Origin: a virus
Lineage: Duplodnaviria; Caudoviricetes
Length of the DNA: 56,176 nucleotides
Virus record (IMG/VR): IMGVR_UViG_3300050020_000040
Coordinates: 1-56,176 of that record
Reading direction: 5' to 3' (one strand)
Part shown: piece by piece, positions 19,817 through 28,366 of the stretch
Numbering within the stretch: position 1 is the first letter of the stretch
Layout of the letters: every line of letters begins with the position of its first letter
Notes under the pieces: generated by a model
What the model saw: only the letters and a program-made list of their open reading frames with translations
Databases searched by the model: none
What the model was told of the DNA's origin: nothing
Program-made: the position numbers and the translations under genes

Positions 19817-20298
19817 CAGTTATCCCCAGTCGGCAAGCGCCGAATGCGTCTCTTGGCAACACCATCCATACTGAGCCCGTCCGCGTTCTCGCCGACGACT
19901 TGCTCAAAACCGATGCTGTCCAGTTCAATGCCCATCGTCCAATCGTTGGTCTTGATGACCTGGGAGTTGCCGTATATGTCGGTGGTTTCCCAGTCTGGGC
20001 CGCGCCAGATGCCCGTCTCCACGACCGTCCCGTGACCCATCGTCCCGTCCGCGTGATAGAAGCCGATCCGGCGACCCTTGCGGCAGAAGTCCCAAGCGGT
20101 CCGCTCCAGTTCGTCGGCACTCATCCATTCGTGGTGGCCGTCTGCGCGCTCAGAGGGATACGCGACACCCCAGACGTAGCGCTTAGGATTCTCGGGCACA
20201 GACAACCGCTTCGTGACGACAGCCTCGTCGGGGACGGGCTCAGGCTCAACGGCGGCCGCAATGACCGGCATCACCTGGCCGCAGAGAGAACAGAACAT
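19816..20298 (-). CDS. XkdF-like prohead serine protease domain
   Basis: KRYVWGVAYP...DGH.EWMSADELERTAWDF...H...VVE...W.MG...GLSMDG. Confidence 0.75.
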   Translation of the reverse strand: MFCSLCGQVMPVIAAAVEPEPVPDEAVVTKRLSVPENPKRYVWGVAYPSERADGHHEWMSADELERTAWDFCRKGRRIGFYHADGTMGHGTVVETGIWRGPDWETTDIYGNSQVIKTNDWTMGIELDSIGFEQVVGENADGLSMDGVAKRRIRRLPTGDN

Positions 20299-20306
20299 CG
20301 CGTCTC

Positions 20307-20483
20307 CTAGAGTGGCCTGTAACTGACCCAGAGGTCGGGCGGGAAGATGGCGACCTTCCGCTTGCCAATCCGCAGGATCAGCTTGCCGTTGACGTTCTCG
20401 ACGTCCGTAGCGGTGATGTGCTGGGTGAACTCGCACCCACCGTGGTCACGGCAGACGATCTCAAACCGGAACTCGGGCTTCAC
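20307..20483 (-). CDS. Small hypothetical protein (58 aa)
   Basis: MKPEFRFEIVCRDHGG...; fills gap in head operon. Confidence 0.5.
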   Translation of the reverse strand: MKPEFRFEIVCRDHGGCEFTQHITATDVENVNGKLILRIGKRKVAIFPPDLWVSYRPL

Positions 20484-20567
20484 GACTGGACGAGAATCCA
20501 GGGCAGTGGGTCGCTGGTCAGGACCCCCGAACGCATCTCGGTCATCTTGGCCACTCGGGCCGCTACG

Positions 20568-23500
20568 TCACTCATTGTCCTCTCCCTGGTCTGTGTCATC
20601 GGTGGTGTCGTCGGAGGTGCCGCCAGTCAGCGATTCGATGTTCGGGCTCGATGCACACCGGCAGTTGTGTGTTATAATGCCATTGGCGGTGTACCACCCT
20701 GCCGCCGTTTGGAGGTTGTAGACTTGGCCCGTAAATTTGACCCGGACGACCCGGACAAGCTGATCACACGCTACGTCGCCGGAGAGAGCGAGAAGGCGCT
20801 CGCAGAATCCTGCGGCGTCAGCCGCACAGCCATCCGCCGTCTGCTCTTGGCGCGGGGCGTCGCCCCTAGGGGTCGTCGCGAGGGCATGGTGGTCCGCATG
20901 GCCAACACCAGCCCCGAGGAGCGTCAACGGCTCACCGATGCCGCCCACGCCGCCGTCCGAGGCTGCCACTGGAGCGACGAGGTTCGTCGGGCACGCGCTT
21001 TGGGCGTCGAGGCTCATCGCTCCAACACCTCGCCGGTCGAGGTCATCCTGTTCGAGATGCTCCGGGCTCGCGTGGTCGGGGATGCGATGGTCCCCCAACT
21101 GGCGATTGGCCCGTACAACGTGGACCTGGCTGTTGGTCCCATCGCCGTGGAAGTCCTCGGGGGCGGTTGGCATCGGTACAAGCACCACGGGAAGCGCCTG
21201 CGCTACCTGCTCGATCGTGGGTGGAACGTGATCTACATCTGGGTCACGGGACCCCGTCCACTCCAGGCCGGTGCTGCTGAGGACGTACTGGCCTACCTGG
21301 AGCGCACCCACCGCGACCCAACCTTCCGGGGTCGCTATCGGGTGATTCGGGGTGGCGGAGAGTTCGTGGCCGAGGGCGGTCTCGATGACGACGAGATCCC
21401 CGACAAAATCCCGCTCGGTGGACGCCTGCGGCGCAACCTCACCTCGGGGCGGTACTACTCTGACCCAGCCCGGTAGGCAGCGAGGATGCTCCGGCAGGTC
21501 CGGGAACGCGTCTACCGTGTACGGGCCACCGTCGGCGTTCGCCTGGCAGTCGTCACAGGGATCATCCGCCACGAGCCAGTCGAGCATCTCGATCCCGTTC
21601 GCGGCGTAGGTCTGCATACTCGCGGACTGAGCGGCACGAGCGCATTCGGTGTCAGCGATGGTGTAGGCTCGCGAGGCGTCACCGCCCACCGAATCCCGGA
21701 GCCCCATGGCGATAGAATCCATCGAGGCGCCAGAGGCGACCCCCTGGGCGATCTGGGAGCCGATCTGGTCGATGGTGGAGGATGCGATGCCCTTCAGGGT
21801 GAACCCGAGGCCCGAGAGCACCGCGTCTAGGCCAGGGTCGCTGATCGTGGCCGCCGCGCCAGCCCATCCGGGTGTCCATGCTCCCCAGTCGGTGTCAGCC
21901 ATGCTCGGAGGCAGGCTGCCTTGCTGGTTGGCGCTGAGGTTAGTCGGGCCAGCCTTGGTGACCTTCGCTGGAACCGTGGCCGCAGCGATCAGCGCCCCGC
22001 CAACCCAGGCGTCTGTCGCTGCTGTCGTGAGCACCGACTGTAGCTGCGAGAGGTCGAGGTCGGCGGGCGTCAGGTTCCCCTGGGCGAGCCGAGACTGTGA
22101 TGGCAACGCACTGGCAAGCGCCTGGCCAACCAGCGGGGCGTAGTGCCCCACGATCTGGTCAAGCAGGGCGTCGGTGGGGTGCTTGGCCTTCCTGACCGCT
22201 ACTGATCCCGGATAGGCTACTGCCGCAGTAGGGTTAGCCCGCGAGAAAGGGTTTGCGCTCTTGGCGGCCTCCGCGAAGGCGGCGTCCACCTGAGCCCGAG
22301 AGGCACAGCCGACCAGTGCCTTGGTGATGTGCTCTGACACATCGGCGGGGATCACCGTGGAGACGAAGGGCCGAATGGGCTTGCCAGTCTTGACGCGGTT
22401 GCGGGCGAAGTCGCGCCAGCGGCCGAGTTCCTTCTGGATTGCCACCCGGTCGTCCTCGTCGTCCTCATCGTCCAGTAGGTCCATGCCCACTAGGCCAGTC
22501 TCGGACGTGATGCCGGCAGTCTCGCTCTTGGCCACCGCTGCAATCGTGGTGGGTGCGGGAGTGGCCGCCAGCTCGTCCTGCGGGAACTGCGGCTCGTCCG
22601 GGTTGAACGTCGAGACCAGCGCGCCGGGAGTGTTGAGCGTCTTTCCGGGAGCCACGCCGGCGGCAGCCTCGAAGGGCTCCTTACCGGTGTCCACCAGCGG
22701 TGTCGTGTCCAGCGGCCCACCTGTGGCGGGGTTGATCGGGCCGGCGATGGCGAACAGGTTGGCCAGCGGGATCGGCCCCGCCCGAGAGGACATGATGAAC
22801 CGTGGCACGGGCCGGTCAGAATCGACATCCAGCCCGAACATCTCGGAGCGCCATTCGTCCACGGTCACAGCGCCGCCCTCGGTGCCGATCTTCCACACAT
22901 TGGCGTCAGCGACGCGATCCTCTTTCTCGGCCGAGTAGGAGGTCTGCATCTTCACCGGCAGCCCCAGGTCGTCCTGGAGGTAACTGGTGATGAGCCCGTC
23001 GAGATCCTCACACATCGGACGATCAGCGATCCGAGCCTGGACGTCTAGTTGCGTCTCTCCCGTAGCGCGGTTGACGTCCATCGTGACACCGAGGTCCTGC
23101 GGCACCACCCCGAAGGCGGCGCAACCCTTGCGGAATCCCCACAAATAGGCTTCCTCGTCGAACGCCTCGGCACGGATCGGGGTGAACTTCGTCCCCTGTG
23201 GCACGACGTGGGCCTGCACCTTCTTCTGCTGGTCGCCCATGAGCTTGGCGTTCAGCCTAGCCTGGAAGTCGTCCAGCTTGGCGGGGTCGTCCCAGGATTC
23301 CGGCGCCTCCAGCCAACCGGCGGGGAGGTTCGACGTGTTCCAGTATTCCAACAGGTGGAGCGTCATCCGCTCGTCGATGTTGGCGGTGGCGATCACGTCC
23401 TCGATGGGCGCCCAGCCGTAAGGCGAATCCTCCTGCGGGAAGTAGGGCGCATAGATGACGTCCCGGTCAGCCAGCCAGTCCCACGGCACGCCGTTGGCGA

Positions 23501-24125
23501 ACTGGAGGTAGGCCGGGGCGTCACCCACCGGCAGACGGCCGTAGTAGTCGAGCATCGGGGCGATCGTGGTCCCGTCGATGACCTCTAGCGCCATCACACG
23601 TCCGAGCATGTCCCGTCGCTTGTAGAGCGTCAGGGCGTCATAGCGGAGACGTGAGTTCAGCGCCTTGGCAAGCCACCGCTTGTAAGGCAGCCTACCGTCA
23701 GGCTTCTCGATCGCCTTGCGTCCAGTTTGCAGGGCGAGGTCGATGTCGACGTCGCCCTCTTCGCCGTCAGCGGGGACGATCGCCCAGTCGAACGAACGGA
23801 TCGAGTTGATGCGGTGGGCGATGCACATCCTGGCAACGTCCCAGGTCGTCGTGAAGGCCCGGAGCGTGTCGAACGAGATCCTGCCCGACCGAGGGCGGAC
23901 GGTGATGTTGGCGCCGGTCTGGTAGTCGAACTGCCGCGGCTCCGCGCCATAGCCGAAGTACGGGTAGAGCGGATGGCCTGGCGGGAACGGAAGCTGCCAG
24001 CCCATGCCCTGATTCTGTAGGGACTGCTCGATGTTCGGGGGCGCGTTCGTGCCGTTCACGGGCGACGGGATCGGATAGTCCGACGCCTTGTGGACGCGGC
24101 TGATCTCCATGGGGCCGATTCTCAC
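20568..24125 (-). CDS. Portal protein fused to MuF-like head morphogenesis domain, containing an intein
   Basis: Portal motifs (LEVIDGTTI.P, SPYG.APIE, AFGVVPQDLG); MuF motifs (RAYTIADTE, W....DPCDDC..N, HPR/CRC); AAGGAGG plus GTGA-overlap start at 24125. Confidence 0.88.
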   Translation of the reverse strand: MRIGPMEISRVHKASDYPIPSPVNGTNAPPNIEQSLQNQGMGWQLPFPPGHPLYPYFGYGAEPRQFDYQTGANITVRPRSGRISFDTLRAFTTTWDVARMCIAHRINSIRSFDWAIVPADGEEGDVDIDLALQTGRKAIEKPDGRLPYKRWLAKALNSRLRYDALTLYKRRDMLGRVMALEVIDGTTIAPMLDYYGRLPVGDAPAYLQFANGVPWDWLADRDVIYAPYFPQEDSPYGWAPIEDVIATANIDERMTLHLLEYWNTSNLPAGWLEAPESWDDPAKLDDFQARLNAKLMGDQQKKVQAHVVPQGTKFTPIRAEAFDEEAYLWGFRKGCAAFGVVPQDLGVTMDVNRATGETQLDVQARIADRPMCEDLDGLITSYLQDDLGLPVKMQTSYSAEKEDRVADANVWKIGTEGGAVTVDEWRSEMFGLDVDSDRPVPRFIMSSRAGPIPLANLFAIAGPINPATGGPLDTTPLVDTGKEPFEAAAGVAPGKTLNTPGALVSTFNPDEPQFPQDELAATPAPTTIAAVAKSETAGITSETGLVGMDLLDDEDDEDDRVAIQKELGRWRDFARNRVKTGKPIRPFVSTVIPADVSEHITKALVGCASRAQVDAAFAEAAKSANPFSRANPTAAVAYPGSVAVRKAKHPTDALLDQIVGHYAPLVGQALASALPSQSRLAQGNLTPADLDLSQLQSVLTTAATDAWVGGALIAAATVPAKVTKAGPTNLSANQQGSLPPSMADTDWGAWTPGWAGAAATISDPGLDAVLSGLGFTLKGIASSTIDQIGSQIAQGVASGASMDSIAMGLRDSVGGDASRAYTIADTECARAAQSASMQTYAANGIEMLDWLVADDPCDDCQANADGGPYTVDAFPDLPEHPRCLPGWVRVVPPRGEVAPQASTERDFVGDLVVIETALGHELSATPNHPIATPEGWVAVGALQVGQYVLSSTGLEWTGSRDPDVDHVPPTIEQVAQALPVVLVPMPTAPEDFHGDGTNSQVHVVRANRQLGDHRIPDHASPEHLEQDDLDRRGVGAMSLDAQSACPTNLVAPVAASDGGVGGIGEPLTLLGAGVGHADHHALATTPRGDAPRQEQTADGCAADAAGFCERLLALSGDVACDQLVRVVRVKFTGQVYNLQTAAGWYTANGIITHNCRCASSPNIESLTGGTSDDTTDDTDQGEDNE
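20668..20716 (+). promoter_or_regulatory. Extended -10 promoter and RBS inside the intein, antisense orientation
   Basis: TGTG-t-TATAAT at 20668-20678; GGAGGT at 20711-20716 ahead of in-frame TTG at 20724. Confidence 0.75.
20724..21476 (+). CDS. HTH plus Vsr/DUF559-like (PD-(D/E)XK) endonuclease nested antisense in the intein; putative homing endonuclease
   Basis: HTH: RYVAGESEKALAESCGVSRTAIRRLL; nuclease: TSPVE..L...Q..IGPYNVDLA...IAVEVLGGGWH...L.DRGWNVIYIW. Confidence 0.85.
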   Translation: MARKFDPDDPDKLITRYVAGESEKALAESCGVSRTAIRRLLLARGVAPRGRREGMVVRMANTSPEERQRLTDAAHAAVRGCHWSDEVRRARALGVEAHRSNTSPVEVILFEMLRARVVGDAMVPQLAIGPYNVDLAVGPIAVEVLGGGWHRYKHHGKRLRYLLDRGWNVIYIWVTGPRPLQAGAAEDVLAYLERTHRDPTFRGRYRVIRGGGEFVAEGGLDDDEIPDKIPLGGRLRRNLTSGRYYSDPAR

Positions 24126-25849
24126 GCTGCCTCCTTGCCACAGAGCATGCACACGCCGTTGCGCCGCCGATAGTGACTACACGCCGCCTCGGGTCCGCTG
24201 GGCACGGCGACGGTTGGCCTCTGGGCTGCCCGGCAGTGGACGCAGAAGCCGTCGTTCCAGAAGTGCCTGCCGTCATCACTCTGCGGGCATCCCTCGCCGG
24301 GAACGTCCGCCCACCCGCCAGCCACGACGGTGGGCGATGCGTCGAGTTCTCGCTGCCAGAGGTTGCCCATCTGAACCCCCAGCATCATCCGCTGGAGTGC
24401 TTGGCTCATGCCGTCCACCTGGTCATCGTGGGCAGCGGTCGGAAACCCGGCGGTCTCTTCCACGAACCCCCCTACGTCGAACAGCGCCACGTCCTTGGTC
24501 GGCAGGAACACGTTGCCCGCCTCGACGAAGGGTGAGACTGCCCGCGCTCGGCTGACCTTGGATTCCTTGGGGTTGACTGGGATGATGCCGCCTATCTCTT
24601 TCTTGAGGCTGTCGATCACCGCCGGCCCGTTGGCCTTGTCCTCGATCAGCTTGGCGGTCGCCTGCGGCCACTTCGCCGTCAGGGTCCGCACCGCCTTGAG
24701 CGTCTCGGTGAAGGTCATACGATCGCGTACCTGATCGACCAGCCACGCCTGAGCGCCTTTGTACGCCCACACTTGGCCTACCACGAAGTCGGTCCCCGTG
24801 GTGTCCTTGAACGTCATGTCCCAGGACTGGAGCAGGTTGCGCCCGTCCTCGATGCGGTAGGCCAAGCCATCGCGCGACCAGAGCGGCTCGCTGTAGCGAA
24901 CCCACCATGCGCGGTTGAACACGTCGCCCGCATCGGGAGAAGGGCGCCCCTGGTAGAGCGCACTCCAAATGCGAGGGGAGGTGGCGGCCTTGGTCGCCTC
25001 CCACTGGGCGTCGGTCCTGCCTCGGGCGCTCCGCAGGTACTCGCCAGGGGTCCGACCGAGCACGTCCGATTGCCCTTGCTCAGGGTGGTGGTCGGCCTGC
25101 GCGGGAATGTTCAACACGATCCAGCGGTCGTAGTGCGGAAGTCCAGCCTTGGCATCCTCGGCCTGTTGCGCCAAGAGCCTCCCGGCTAGGTCGTTCTCAT
25201 GCCATCTCGTCAGGACCACAATCACCGGGGCGTTCGGGGCGAGACGAGGTCGGGCGACCGACTGCCAGGTGTTCCACGCCTGCTCGCTCAGGAGTTCGCT
25301 GTCGGCAGCGCGGTAGTCCTTCACCGGGTCGTCTATCACCAGCAGATCAACGGGGCGACCCGTGATGGCCCCGTAGAGGCCAACGGCCGTCAGGCTACCC
25401 CTATGGGGCGGCGCTAGGGTCCAGCGTCCCGCAGCGCGGCTCTCCTGGCTGACACGTAATCCGAGGTCGATCGTTCCGTCCGTCCCGTCGAAGGTAACCA
25501 CGTCCCCTCGAACCTGAGACGCGAACACCCGAGCGATGTCGTCCCCGTAGGAGATCATCACCACTCGGCTGTTCGGGTTCCGCAGTAGCCACCACTCCAC
25601 CCCATACCGTGAGATCCGGGTGGACTTGCCCTCCTGGGGGGGCATCGAGATGATGAGGCGGTTGCAGCACCCTTCAGCGACGTCCACGAGGGCTGCGTCG
25701 ATCAGGTCGAGCGCCGGCGTCTGCACCGTCTCGGGGTCGAGCGCCTTGGCCAGCTCGCCAGGTGTCGCCCAGCGTCGCGGTGGAAGCGGCGGGACGAAGT
25801 GTCGAGCCGCGACAGTCCAGGGATTCGAGGGATGGTATACTTCAGGCAA
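24122..25849 (-). CDS. terL: Terminase large subunit
   Basis: MPPQEGKS Walker A, LLVIDDPVK Walker B, TRWHENDLAG, SWD..FK, IEDKANG, HDDQVD. Confidence 0.96.
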   Translation of the reverse strand: MPEVYHPSNPWTVAARHFVPPLPPRRWATPGELAKALDPETVQTPALDLIDAALVDVAEGCCNRLIISMPPQEGKSTRISRYGVEWWLLRNPNSRVVMISYGDDIARVFASQVRGDVVTFDGTDGTIDLGLRVSQESRAAGRWTLAPPHRGSLTAVGLYGAITGRPVDLLVIDDPVKDYRAADSELLSEQAWNTWQSVARPRLAPNAPVIVVLTRWHENDLAGRLLAQQAEDAKAGLPHYDRWIVLNIPAQADHHPEQGQSDVLGRTPGEYLRSARGRTDAQWEATKAATSPRIWSALYQGRPSPDAGDVFNRAWWVRYSEPLWSRDGLAYRIEDGRNLLQSWDMTFKDTTGTDFVVGQVWAYKGAQAWLVDQVRDRMTFTETLKAVRTLTAKWPQATAKLIEDKANGPAVIDSLKKEIGGIIPVNPKESKVSRARAVSPFVEAGNVFLPTKDVALFDVGGFVEETAGFPTAAHDDQVDGMSQALQRMMLGVQMGNLWQRELDASPTVVAGGWADVPGEGCPQSDDGRHFWNDGFCVHCRAAQRPTVAVPSGPEAACSHYRRRNGVCMLCGKEAA

Positions 25850-26214
25850 TGTCCACGGCCCTCATCAACGTTTGCCAGGGCGATTGCTGCCGCGAGTTCT
25901 ACCTGCCCAAAGACTGGTACTGGAAACGCCGCACCTCGGGCCAGAAGCCGTATGAGGACGGGGATCAGATTCGCGAGATGGCCGTCCGCCTCAAGGGCCG
26001 CGCCCACACTTGCAAGCACTTCGCCGACAACCGGTGCGGGATCTATGCCCAGCGCCCGATGATGTGCCGGGCCTACCCCTACGGTCAAGTCTGCGACCTG
26101 AGCGACCACTGCTCTTACAGCATGGACGACTTCGGAACCGCCCGAGCCGTCCGGATGCTAGAGTGGCTGGTCAGGTTCCTGAACGGTGAGAGAGCCGTCC
26201 AGATGGATGCCTAG
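25849..26214 (+). CDS. YkgJ/CxxCxxCC-type cysteine-cluster protein
   Basis: CQGDCC...CKHF..NRCGIYAQRPMMCRAYP; preceded by TGGTATACT. Confidence 0.8.
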   Translation: MSTALINVCQGDCCREFYLPKDWYWKRRTSGQKPYEDGDQIREMAVRLKGRAHTCKHFADNRCGIYAQRPMMCRAYPYGQVCDLSDHCSYSMDDFGTARAVRMLEWLVRFLNGERAVQMDA

Positions 26215-26300
26215 CGCTCGGTCCAGGGGTTCAAGGTCACAGTGTTGTAACGATCCCCCGTAGGGTACTCTTTCCACCGTGCCGGTGGTATACTTCAGTC

Positions 26301-26678
26301 ATGGAGATCCCGATGACTAGCATCAAAGCCGTTGAGGGCCGACTGGGCGATCCCTCGGCAGACCGAAAGTCCCACGGGCGCGATCATGGAGACCGCCGCG
26401 GTGGAGACACGCGCTACATCGAGGTCTGTTGGATCTGCGCTGACGAGTGGTTGGCCCACGTCCTCGCACACCCCGATGAGCCCCACGCCACCGTATTGAT
26501 TGCCTTGAGGCCGCCACGACCCCTCCACCTACTCCGGCATGACACCGGTACTTGGTGGGTAGTGGATCGAAACGACCAGGACTACGATGGACCACACAAC
26601 ACGAAAGAAAGCGCACAGGAGTGCCTGGGAGACCTGCTGGAAGAGCTGCGTAGCGCTCCGCATCCAAGCGGTGCCTAG
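26301..26678 (+). CDS. Hypothetical protein
   Basis: 125-aa ORF preceded by the same TGGTATACTTCAG motif. Confidence 0.55.
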   Translation: MEIPMTSIKAVEGRLGDPSADRKSHGRDHGDRRGGDTRYIEVCWICADEWLAHVLAHPDEPHATVLIALRPPRPLHLLRHDTGTWWVVDRNDQDYDGPHNTKESAQECLGDLLEELRSAPHPSGA

Positions 26679-26699
26679 CGCTCCGCATATGCCTAGCGG

Positions 26700-27281
26700 C
26701 TACGCACTCCCGGCGATCATCAACTGAGCCTCGACCACCTCGCGGACAGCCAACGGCTCCGGATCGACACCCAGCGCGATGAGGCATCCCCGGATCACTT
26801 GGGCGATCTGCGCTCCGTAGCGTTCGTCCAGCCGGGTGCGCCGCTCTTCCAACCCGAGCTTGGCCAGGTCGGTGGCGAACTTCTGCGTTCGATCGAGCGC
26901 CCGTTCGTACAGGGCGATCTCGGATCTCAACTGCTCGGCGCCCTTGGCGTCCTCGTAGCGGATCAGCGAGAGGCCGGCGACGATCTCCCGGAGCTGCCGC
27001 TGCCACTCTGCCGCCTCAGCGGTGAGGCTCAACAGGAGTTCAACGGGATCGCCCACGGGCTCCACGCCCTCTCGCCGGATCGCCAGCAGCGCCTTTCGCT
27101 CGACGTTCGCGCTCTCGGTTGCGGCCCTGAGGTTGGGGGACCTACCGCCATGAGTGGCGCAGATCCGGCGTCCGTCTTGGGTGGCGGTCAGTCCTCGGGT
27201 CTGTTTGCAAGGCTCTCCGCCGTGTGAGCGGTGGGCCGAGCATCCGTCTCCGTGGTCCTTGCCGCACTTCTGGCAGGCCAT
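26700..27281 (-). CDS. terS: Terminase small subunit (HGG-motif type)
   Basis: C.AH...G.PC...RICATHGG; helical C-terminus; upstream of terL. Confidence 0.7.
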   Translation of the reverse strand: MACQKCGKDHGDGCSAHRSHGGEPCKQTRGLTATQDGRRICATHGGRSPNLRAATESANVERKALLAIRREGVEPVGDPVELLLSLTAEAAEWQRQLREIVAGLSLIRYEDAKGAEQLRSEIALYERALDRTQKFATDLAKLGLEERRTRLDERYGAQIAQVIRGCLIALGVDPEPLAVREVVEAQLMIAGSA

Positions 27282-27507
27282 CTCAACTACCCGGTCAAGT
27301 AGTAGTCGGGTGGGGTCCTCCGAGGATCGTCCCGAGCCCACCGCTTCCGGGTCGCCTTGGCTTGGGCTGCCGCATCACAGTCGGGGCAATCGAGGATCAT
27401 GAAGTCATCCTTGATCCCGCCGCCACCTCCACAGGTAGAGCATCGTGGGGGTAGCAAATCAACCATCGCGTTCAGGTCTGTCAAGGTAGGTTGTCAACCT
27501 CCGAGGG

Positions 27508-27577
27508 TGGCAGGCCGCGGATTCGAACCGCGCATGCCTGGGGTTATGAGCCCCGGCTAGGCCCAGCCTTGCCTGCT
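27508..27577 (-). tRNA. Degenerate tRNA-Met(CAT), initiator-like
   Basis: Acceptor AGCAGGC/GCCTGCC-A; anticodon arm GGGG-CTCATAA-CCCC; T-arm CGCGG-TTCGAAT-CCGCG; short D-arm. Confidence 0.75.
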
Positions 27578-27713
27578 ACGCTCAGTGCCCGTCCCGGCCA
27601 CCGGGGCGGCGCATCGGACCGTTTCTCCCTGGCGCTCCGACTGTCGGTCTTAGGGTGGATTCCGCTACGCCGTTCTCCCCGGCGGGTGGTCCGGTTCGTT
27701 TGGATGCCTGCCG

Positions 27714-28043
27714 CTACGCTTGCGGCGATGGGTCCTCCTGGGACGCTAGACGCGGATGGGCGTATCCCCAATGGTTGGCTTCGCTCCCGACCTCCACGTC
27801 ACAGTGAACTCGCACCGAGGCCAGCGCCGCGTCATCCCGCCAGGTGATGCCGACATAGGGCGCATAGGGCGCCTGACCACCTTCCCCGATCGTTCCCTGA
27901 CAACTGGCGAACGGGTAGACGCCGGGGAGCCTGGAGAGGGTGCGGACGCAATCGGCAATCCCGACGTCCACGGGCACTTTCACTTCCACGTCGACCGTAG
28001 GGTGCCCGTAGACCTTGCAGATATCCCGTGGTACGTCGCTCAC
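27714..28043 (-). CDS. Hypothetical protein
   Basis: VDVGIAD.V..L..LPG...ASCQG; coupled start/stop. Confidence 0.6.
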   Translation of the reverse strand: MSDVPRDICKVYGHPTVDVEVKVPVDVGIADCVRTLSRLPGVYPFASCQGTIGEGGQAPYAPYVGITWRDDAALASVRVHCDVEVGSEANHWGYAHPRLASQEDPSPQA

Positions 28044-28366
28044 GTCTCTGTCTCCAGGGAGGCTAGAGCAGCGCGGAAAGTTTCCGCGGCTTCCATGGCG
28101 GCGGCGGCGCTCTTCGCACAGTCAGAAGAAGTGTACCAAGAGGCGCTCAAGGCTTCCGTGGTGGCCGCGTCATGCCGCTGCAACCATTCGGTGCCCGCCT
28201 CTACCACGTTCAGGAGCTTCGGGAGAGCGTTCACAGCAGCGGCAGCCAGTTCGTTATCGTCGTTCGCGCTGATGTGGGTATCGAGTTCGGGACACACGAA
28301 CGGGAGCCACGGTCTCGGCGTCCCCCTCGCCAGCAGTTCCCTCAGTCGGGATACGGTGTCAGGCAT
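28040..28366 (-). CDS. Hypothetical protein
   Basis: Coupled ORF with AAAVNALP.LL motif. Confidence 0.6.
   Translation of the reverse strand: MPDTVSRLRELLARGTPRPWLPFVCPELDTHISANDDNELAAAAVNALPKLLNVVEAGTEWLQRHDAATTEALSASWYTSSDCAKSAAAAMEAAETFRAALASLETET

Larger units (their letters stand above)
20664..21479 (-). mobile_element. Intein (272 aa, Cys1...His-Asn, Cys+1) in the MuF HPRCRC motif
   Basis: CLPGWVRV start; block B ATPNHPIATPEGW; block F/G VYNLQT..GWYTANGIITHN/C; removing it restores EHPRCRC. Confidence 0.93.

Noticed and set aside
20418-20723. N-terminal extension of the antisense endonuclease ORF in the ORF track
   Set aside because: Extends upstream of the promoter/RBS and mostly outside the intein; TTG 20724 is the better start
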